From assembly GCF_001194135.2 (NCBI RefSeq), contig NC_068993.1:34390724-34432431 (forward strand): a stretch of 41,708 bases of DNA, in the 5' to 3' direction. How positions within the stretch are numbered: the first letter of the stretch is position 1; every line of letters starts with the position of its first letter. Of the stretch, positions 33,909 to 41,708 are shown one piece after another. This stretch comes from Octopus bimaculoides. Its lineage: Eukaryota. Made by a program: the position numbers and the translations under genes. The notes under the pieces are model-generated. The model ran no database searches and was not told the DNA's origin. It saw only the letters and a program-made list of their open reading frames with translations.

Positions 33909-34256
33909 TACGGAGATGTACTTGCATAGCAAGTGGCCTGATTTGAGATCACGTGCTGAAACAAAAACAATTGCAGCGTGGAAGGTGTTTATAAGCCATT
34001 TAAAAAACGCACAAAAACGGTTAGATTCACTTCAACATTTAAATTTAATTTACCAAAATATTTTCGTCGCTTTGAGATGGCGACCTGATCACTGACAAAA
34101 TTCCGTGCTACATCTCAAAATTCCGTGAGGCAGCACGAAATTTTGTAAGTGATCAGGTAGCGGTCTGAAAGCGACGAAAATATTTTGGCAAATTAAATTT
34201 AAATGTTGAAATGAATCTGACGGTTTTTGTGTTTCATTAAATGGCTTATAAACACA
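33907..34256. mobile_element. Fold-back element with 125-bp inverted arms (33985-34109 and 34132-34256), probably inverted Penelope-type pseudo-LTRs
   Basis: Arms align at roughly 85-90% identity by eye, each carries a hammerhead-like motif, and the element sits between TA/TG microsatellites. Confidence 0.7.
34049..34099 (-). ncRNA. Candidate type-I hammerhead ribozyme with swapped G3:C8 core
   Basis: Minus strand TTTGTCA-GTGATCA-G-GTCGC-CATCTCAAA-GCGAC-GAAAATATTT-TGGTAAA: 7-bp stem I (two G-U pairs), perfect 5-bp stem II, GAAA, palindromic AAATATTT helix III. Sister copy on + at 34142-34192. Confidence 0.6.
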
Positions 34257-34420
34257 TAGACACACACACAGACACGAATATATATATGTATATACATTTA
34301 TATACATTTGTGTGTGTTTGTGTGTATGTATGTGTGTGTGTAAGTAAATTCACTTACATGGTTACATTATAAGAGGGCGTAGCAGGTGATGAGGTAGAAA
34401 TCTGCCTGAAACTAAAATGT

Positions 34421-34422
<2 letters not shown>

Positions 34423-34475
<53 letters not shown>

Positions 34476-34915
34476 TAATATAGTATAAAGATCTTGAAAT
34501 AGAAATTATCATCAAGTATAAAGGTCTTGAAATAGAAATGAGCAAAATGTGGAACATGAAAACTAAAACAATGCCTGTTGTCATAGGTGCCCTGGGAATG
34601 ATAGCAAAAGGGGCTGATTGCTACCTAGCGCAGATACCAGGAAACCCCAAAATGGCATAAATTCAAAAGATAGTGCTCATGGGAACTGCCCATATCCTAC
34701 GCAAAATACTTTCTATGTAAACTCTAGTTTTAAAACAAACACATAATTTTGTTATAGTTTCTTATACATTCTCTTGAACAACACTATGTACAAAACCAAA
34801 TATATGGCACCCCGGGCATAACACCAACATGAACTTCTAACCTGTTGTCTCTTGAGGTCTCTGGGTGAGACTTGGAGCCAACTTGTACAAATGTAAGGTA
34901 AAAGTCAAACTGAAG

Positions 34916-34980
<65 letters not shown>
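34423..34980 (+). mobile_element. 5'-truncated R4/Dong-like 3' end between two (TAA)n tracts
   Basis: YKGLEIEMSKMWNMKTKTMPVVIGALGMIAKG...IQKIVLMGTAHILRKILSM*, then 3' UTR. (TAA)n at 34423-34472 and 34915-34979. Confidence 0.9.
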
Positions 34981-34987
34981 TTATTAT

Positions 34988-35865
34988 TATAGATAAATTG
35001 ATGGAGAAAGAAATGACATAAAAATTTAAGATGGAACACTTGCGCAGACTGATGCTTAAGTCGAAATTAAACGGACGGAATAAAACTGAAGCTATCAACA
35101 CCTGGGCGGTTTCACTCCTGAGATATGGAGCAGAAGTAATCGCATAGACAGTAGACGAACTAAACAGTTTAGACACAAAGGCAAGGAAGTTGCTAATTAG
35201 ATATGGGACACTCCACCCAAAAAGTGACACAGACAGACTATATGTACCACGAAAAAGAGGGGGAAGAGGACTTATTGAATGCGAACACAGTATTAGAGCA
35301 CAAGAAAACAACATAGCATGATATGTAAAAAATGCCACAGAACCGCTATTACTAGATGTAAGAAGGTCAGGTTTGTGTAGAAAGATTGCAAAGATAAAGC
35401 ACTGTACAAGCAATTGCAAACGAATGAAACTGAAAATAGGTGGGTAAAGAAAAGAATGCATTGTCAATTCCATTGCGGTGTTGAAGATAAGACAGACAGA
35501 GAAAAAAGACGTCTGTGGATGACTCAAACTGATATAAAACCGGAAACGGATGCTCTAAACTGTGCTGCCCAAGGGCAAGCGTTTGAGAACAAACTACATA
35601 AAATACAGAATAGACAACACATCAGAAAGTGATTAGTGTAGAATCTGTGGACAAAACGGTGAAACCATATGGCATATTACCAGCCAATGTGCGTCACCAG
35701 CCCAGAAGGAATATAAGTGACGCAACGACAATATGGCCAGGTTTGTCCATTGGACACTTTGCAACAAGTATGGACTTGACAGAGTATAGAATTGGTACGA
35801 CCACAAACCCGAGGGCATCATCGAAAATGATAATGCAAAGATCATATGGGATTTTATGATTCAGG
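34988..35865 (+). mobile_element. R4/Dong-like segment A (end of RT, zinc knuckle, start of RLE)
   Basis: KLNGRNKTEAINTWAVSLLRYG, LHPKSDTDRLYVPRKRGGRGLI, CRICGQNGETIWHITSQC, ENDNAKIIWDFMIQ. Confidence 0.9.
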
Positions 35866-35869
35866 AAAC

Positions 35870-38168
35870 GTTTGGAATCTCCATATGCACTGATTGTTAA
35901 TACATCTAGTGATGATGTCACAATAAAAACACTGGTAATTGCGCACCTGATAATCGCTGCCTCATATGACTGACAATGAAAAAACAAAATATTGTGAGTA
36001 ACGGTGGTAAGGAAACTGAAGCCGTTGATCGTGACAGTGTTGCACCCAGCAGGCTCAGAGATACTCGTCCGATTCCAGCCTGTCGATATCCAGTGAGGGA
36101 CCAGCACACACGGCGTAGATGGAAAAACAAGTTAATACTGTGGTCATAGAGTGTTACTACCTGAGTAACCTGTAAGCGGAAATGATTTTCATCTTAGGGG
36201 ATAGTGACAACGTATGTATGATCGATGGAGAGAAAGAGGATTGTTTCAACTTACGGAACAGAGATTAGGTGATCAAGCTAGTGTAGTAAGAAAAATCGTT
36301 GGTTCACAGAAGTAGAGATTGAAGCTATCAAAAGACGAGAATTGGAAAACAGCAACAGAGGAAACAATGAAAATACAGTCCCTACTGATGAAAGTAATCT
36401 CATAGAAGGAAACAGAGGTGAAATGTCTAAAAAAACCACAGGAAGGGAACAGTGATAGTTTGCTTGAAGAGAGACATATAGATGGTTTGGAAAAAAAAAA
36501 CAATAAAACTAATGGTGACATGACAGATGGGTAAAAGGCAATCTATGACAGTATAAAGGCAAGGAGAACGATAGCGACATCATTCACAACCTTAAAAAAG
36601 TTGATCGGTGGAAATTGAACCAAGAAACGAAAGATGTGAATGAAATTCTGAAATACATCAGAACAAAAAACATTACACAGAAAAAAGTAATTTGATTAAG
36701 GCAGCAAGTATTGTGGCAGAAAATTTGGGTGTTGATGGCAAGAAAAAGAAATATAATAGGAGTGACAAATGAAAAGATATTTGATGGAAAAGAGGAATAG
36801 AGGCGGGGTTAGATATGATCTCGAAAGGTATTTCTGTGTTAGACCGAAAAGAGAAGGGGAAGCTTAAAAGCGAAGAAAAATACAGGGCACTGAAAAGGAA
36901 ATATGATATTGAAAGAAAGGGCCTGAAAGTAATAGTGGAGGAACTGAAACAGCGCCTCGTTGCAAAGAAAGAAAAGATGGTAAGATATGACCAAAGAATG
37001 AAGGGTTACCAGCAGAATAGGTTACTCAGAGTAGATCAGAAGATATTCTGCAAAGAAATAAATGGAGAATGTACTGATGAAAAGGCCATACTAGATAACA
37101 TTGAAGGTTAAAGGTTTTGGAGTGACATCTGGAACAACGACAAAGACCACAAGAAGGATGCTGAATGGTTGCAAGAACTGAAAAAAACAGTACTCTGGCC
37201 AAAACAAGCAGAACTAGTCATTTCAATTAAGGAAGTGAAGGAAATCAGCAAAAAAAATAGGTAACTGGAAGGCTCCGGGACCCGATGGAGTTCAAGGCTA
37301 CGGAATCAAACGATTTGGTGAATGTAATGCACGAATAGCTGCACAACTTAACACCATGTTAAATGCTGACTAAGTAACACCAGAGTAGTTGACAATAGGT
37401 AGGACAGTGTTGTGCTTGAAAAACACCGAAAAAGCTAATACGGTAGACTATTACAGACCGATATCCCGCTTGCTACTTATATGGAAATTATTGACTGGAA
37501 GTGTGGCAGAGTGCTGCTACATGAGCGGAAGGGGTGCACGCCTAAGTGCAGAGGTACCAAGGATCAACACCTGGTAGACAAATCTGTACTTAGATACTGC
37601 AAGAGGAGGAAAACTAACTTAGCCATGTAATGGGTTGATTATCCTAATGGGCATGATAGGATCCCACATTCTTGAATTATGGAATGTATGAACCTATTTG
37701 GTATTGCATCGAATGTTGAGAGATTGCTTGGAAAAAGTATGGCGAAGTGGAGGACGGAACTGACAGCATATGGAAGAAGTTTAGGGACAATAGAAATCAG
37801 GAGAGGCATCTTCCAAGGGGACTGCCTGTCCCCACTGATCTTTGTACTGTGTATTATACCACTAACACTTATTCTGAGGAAAGCAAATGCTGGGTATGCA
37901 TTCAAAAGCCGTCAACATAAAGTCACCCACTTATTGTTCATTGATCACCTCAAACTTTATGGTAAAGATGAATCTCAAGTCAGTTCCCACATTGATATGG
38001 TGTATACTTTCAGTGCTGATTTCAGAATGGAGTTCGGACTGAAAAAGTGTGGTGTGTTAGTCTTGAAGAGAGGCAAAATCAAATGTATGGACGGGCTACC
38101 GATACCGTCGGGGGAGGCTATGAAGCCGATAGAAGAGACGGGCTATAAGTACTTGGAGATTTTGGAAT
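35870..38168 (+). mobile_element. R4/Dong-like 5' half (5' region, ORF N-terminus, RT), inactivated
   Basis: [79 protein letters not shown] (catalytic DD mutated), MEFGLKKC, GYKYLEILE. Confidence 0.9.
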
Positions 38169-38935
38169 ATTTTGCTATATTGTCATGACGTCTCTTATAT
38201 TCCTTCCGAGCTAGTGGCATACATTGACTAGTAATATGTCAAACTGTTTCGTCATTTTATCCACAAGTTCTGCACTTATCACTTTCTGTATTTGATGTAT
38301 TTGGCTCTTAATGCTTGCTCTTGGGCAGCACAGATTAGAGCTTCCGTTTCCGGTTGGTTTTAAATCACTTTTAGTCATCCATAGCCATCTTTTTCGCCTT
38401 ATATTCAACATCCGTATGAAATTATCCATGCATTCTTCTCTTTATCCACCGATTTTCAGTTTCATTCATTCTCACGTCCAGCGGTTTATCTTTGCAATCT
38501 TGCATCCTACACAAGCCTGACCTTCTTACTTCCAATAATAGTGGTTCTGTAGCATTTTAACATACCATACTATGTTATTTTCTTCTGCTCTAATGCTGTG
38601 TTCATATCCAATAAGTCCGTTTCCCTCTCTTTTCCTTGGTACATACAGTCTGTCTGTGTCACATTTTGGGTGGAGTGTCTCATATCTAATCGGTAAATTC
38701 CTTTTCTTTCTGTGTGAGCTGTTTAGTTCGTCTACTGTCCATGCAATTACCCCTAAGGAGTGAAACCGCCCAAGTGTTGATAGCTTCAATCTTATTCCGT
38801 CCATTTAATTTCGACTTAAGCACCAGTCTGTCTGCGCAAGGACTCTACCTTAAATTTTTCTGTCATTTCTATCTCCATCACTTTATCTATTTTCAAAATG
38901 CCTAAGTACTTATAGCCCGTTTCTTCAATCCTGAG
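38168..38935 (-). mobile_element. R4/Dong-like segment B, inverted homolog of segment A
   Basis: Reverse complement reads IEETGYKYLGIL...LHPKCDTDRLYVPRK...EYKRRHDNIAK and aligns with 34988-35745. Confidence 0.9.
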
Positions 38936-38959
38936 TGAAGATGAATAATAATAATAATA

Positions 38960-39615
38960 ATGCAAGAATCGCCACGGCACTGTGGGGCAGTATTTACGTT
39001 AGAAAATATGTAAACACTACAAATACTGAGAGAGTGGTTGATGGTAAAAATGTCACTATCCTCCGGGATTTTCCAGTCAACACCGACAGAACGATCCAGG
39101 CTAATCAACCAAATATAATTATAAATGACTGGGAAGGAAATACTTGTAGACTAATAGATGTAAGTGTACTCACTGATAAAAAAAATATAGCTGAAAAGAA
39201 ATTTGACAAATGAAGTAAATATAAGGACCTGGGAATTGAAATACAAAAGATGTGACGCATTAAAGCAATAATTATTCCTGTTATTGTAGCTGCCCAGGTA
39301 TGATAAGAAATAGTGATGTTAGGAACATCTACATATGATCCGAGCAGAACTATATCTCAGAGAAATCTAAAAGATTGTGCTGACAAGTACTGCCTACATC
39401 CTTTAAAATCCATACCAATTTAAATGTCTCTGTTGTATTACAGATAAAGATATTTTGCTACAGCCCCTGCCACATCCCCTCCCCTAAAAAGTCGACTTTA
39501 TTTCAGTCATACTGTAACATCTCTTATCCTTCACTCACCCCAGGACGCTGAGTATGTCTCGGCTAGTGATTATAACAAGAATGCAGATTAAATGTGAATA
39601 ACAACAACAATAATG
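38960..39615 (+). mobile_element. R4/Dong-like 3' end, second family (RLE domain and 3' UTR)
   Basis: KNVTILRDFPVNTDRTIQANQPNIII...CRLIDVSV...KYKDLGIEIQKM. Preceded by (TAA)n at about 38944-38960 and ends in a CAA/TAA tail. Confidence 0.85.
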
Positions 39616-39617
39616 AT

Positions 39618-39824
39618 AATAATCTTTTCTACTAAAGACACAAGGCCTGAAATTTGGTGGGAAGCAACTAGTCGATTACATTGAACCCAGTGTTTCACTG
39701 ATATTTAATTTATTGATCCCGGAAGGATAAAAAGCGAAGGCGACCTCGTTGAATTAGAACTCAGAAAACGAAGACAGACGAAATATTGTTAAGTATTCCG
39801 CCCGGCGTGCTAACGATTCTGCCA
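39618..39824 (-). mobile_element. tRNA-derived SINE, family B
   Basis: Aligns with family B; head cut by the gap. Confidence 0.85.
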
Positions 39825-39924
39825 NNNNNNNNNNNNNNNNNNNNNNNNNNNNNNNNNNNNNNNNNNNNNNNNNNNNNNNNNNNNNNNNNNNNNNNNNNNN
39901 NNNNNNNNNNNNNNNNNNNNNNNN

Positions 39925-40350
39925 TAATAATAATTTCATTTATTTGCCACAAGGGCGAAGGATGAGGGTGACAATACAAAACACATAAAGTGTGGAAAGA
40001 AAGAAAGAAATTAAGTATACACGGTATATACTGTAAAAGAAGGAACATACACATAACATACAAAGGCTTTAAAAAATGTGACAGGGAGGATGATAGAGAT
40101 GTAGCCCTCCTGATACAGGAAGCCTTCTAGGCATAATCGAGGAACCCCACTGTCCCAGAATTCCCTGAAACCCTAAGAGCAAGTGACTGCTCCAATTTTT
40201 CTTCTCCGACTCACAGGTCTACACTTAGAGAGGTACCATCCATTCTTGCCATTTTCACGACCTTCACTCACTTTTGAATAGACTCTCTTGAGGACAGCTC
40301 TTCCCTCTCCACTCTCAATTTCCTTTTCAAATGAAACTTGAAGAAATATT
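39925..40350 (-). mobile_element. Tx1/L1-like LINE 3' end with (ATT)n tail
   Basis: Minus frame FFKFHLKRKLRVEREELSSRESIQK*VKVVKMARMDGTSLSVDL* (stop at 40211-40213) resembles a Tx1-type ORF2 C-terminus. The UTR ends AAATAAATGAAATT then ATTATTA. Confidence 0.6.
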
Positions 40351-40424
40351 AATTCTCTTTGGAGAATGCGAGGTGATATACACTTGGAGGTGGGATACTG
40401 TTTTACTTTATATAGGTCAATGAT

Positions 40425-40883
40425 TGAGGATTGAAAATAATAAGGGAAGAAAATACTTGTACACTAATAGATGTGGTCCCACTGACAAAAATATATCTGC
40501 AAAGGAATTTGAAAAATAAAGTAAAAATGAGGACCTGGAAATTGAAATACAAAAGATGTATTAAAGCAAGAACTCTTCTTGTTATTGTAGCTGCCCAGCT
40601 ATGACAAAAACGCAAAGTGGGGGGGGGGGGATGTCAGAAACATCTAGTCAGCATTCCAGGAGAATCATGTCTCAGAGAAATCTAACAGATTATGCTGACA
40701 AGTACTGCCCACATCCTTAGAAAACCCTATCAATTTAAATATTTATATTGTATTACATGGAGATATTTCGCTACTGCCCTTGCCACTTTTCCTCCCCATG
40801 CTTTCAATCGTATCCTTCACTCGCCCTAGGACTCTGGATGTGTCTCGGCAAGTGATTGTAACAAACATGCAAGATTAAAAGTA

Positions 40884-40976
<93 letters not shown>

Positions 40977-40977
40977 C
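40425..40977 (+). mobile_element. R4/Dong-like 3' end (same family as 38960) with (TAC)n(TAA)n tail
   Basis: Aligns with 39120-39600 at roughly 75-80% identity by eye; tail at 40886-40976. Confidence 0.85.
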
Positions 40978-41188
40978 CATTCTATTGTAGGCACAATCCT
41001 TGAAATTTGGGGGAGGGGTATAGTCGATTAGATCGACCCCAGTAATCAACTGGTACTTAATTTATCGACTCCGAGGGATGAAGGGTAAAGTCGACCTCAG
41101 CGGAATTGGAACTCAGAACGTAGCGACGGACGAAATACCGCTGAGCATTTCGCCCGGAGTGCTAACGATTCTCGCAGCTCGGCGCCTT
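40978..41188 (-). mobile_element. tRNA-derived SINE, family B, full length, between two (TAC/TAA)n tracts
   Basis: Complete family-B sequence from the CCATTCTA end to the GGCGCCTT head. Confidence 0.9.
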
Positions 41189-41190
41189 GT

Positions 41191-41246
<56 letters not shown>

Positions 41247-41274
41247 ATAATAATAATAATAATAATGATAATTA
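41189..41274 (+). repeat. (TAC)n(TAA)n microsatellite
   Basis: Direct reading. Confidence 0.95.
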
Positions 41275-41278
41275 TAAA

Positions 41279-41415
41279 CCTTTCTACTCTAGGCACATGG
41301 CCTGAAATTTGGAGAGAGAGTCTAGCCAACGTCATCGCCTCCAGTCCTCAGCTGCTACTTATTCCATCGACCTCGAAAGGTTGACAGGTAAAATGAAGTT
41401 GGGAGAAATTTAGAT
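41279..41415 (-). mobile_element. Family B SINE, degenerate 3' part
   Basis: CCTTTCTACTCTAGGCACATGGCCTGAAATTT...ATCGACCTCGAAAGG. Confidence 0.7.
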
Positions 41416-41708
41416 TCTGCTCCTTGCTGATTTCCACGAAATTTTTTATTAATAAAATTAACCAATAACCCGTGGTAAAAGTTATAATAGGGATAGAGTG
41501 TCCTTACCTATAGACACATGAGAAGAGATGAGATGAAGCTGATAACAGTATAGAATCTGAACAAAAGCGTTCATAGATATATTTGAGTGTTAAAAAAAAA
41601 ACAATTCGTATGCAGCAAACTATTGCGACATGTCTTCAACTGCGTCTTGAAATTGCTAGAATTAATTCTATATTTTGAAGAATGCAAGGTGATATATATA
41701 TATATATA

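Overview
AT-rich, microsatellite-dense eukaryotic genomic DNA with seven N gaps. The repeat families look like those of an octopus (coleoid cephalopod); this is inferred from recalled repeat sequences, not from a search. I can support no intact protein-coding gene. Most long ORFs in the track are artefacts of simple repeats or N runs. The window is mostly decayed mobile elements: about nine R4/Dong-like non-LTR segments tied to (TAA)n tracts, seven Penelope-like (GIY-YIG) segments, RTE and Tx1-like LINE fragments, three or four tRNA-derived SINE families, Tc1 and mariner fragments, a Mutator-like element with 15-bp repeat arrays at its ends, and two long fold-back elements. A degraded intronless class-A GPCR relic probably lies on the minus strand at about 7.3-8.8 kb. 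Best leads: (1) hammerhead-ribozyme-like motifs in Penelope-type termini, including a well-paired one with a swapped G3:C8 core (GUGAUCA) present in both arms of a 272-bp palindrome; (2) several unrelated retroelements, including a 560-bp non-coding one, sharing (TAA)n microsatellites as landing sites; (3) a covarying stem-loop near the 3' end of the Dong-like elements; (4) a 4-kb permuted and inverted Dong composite.
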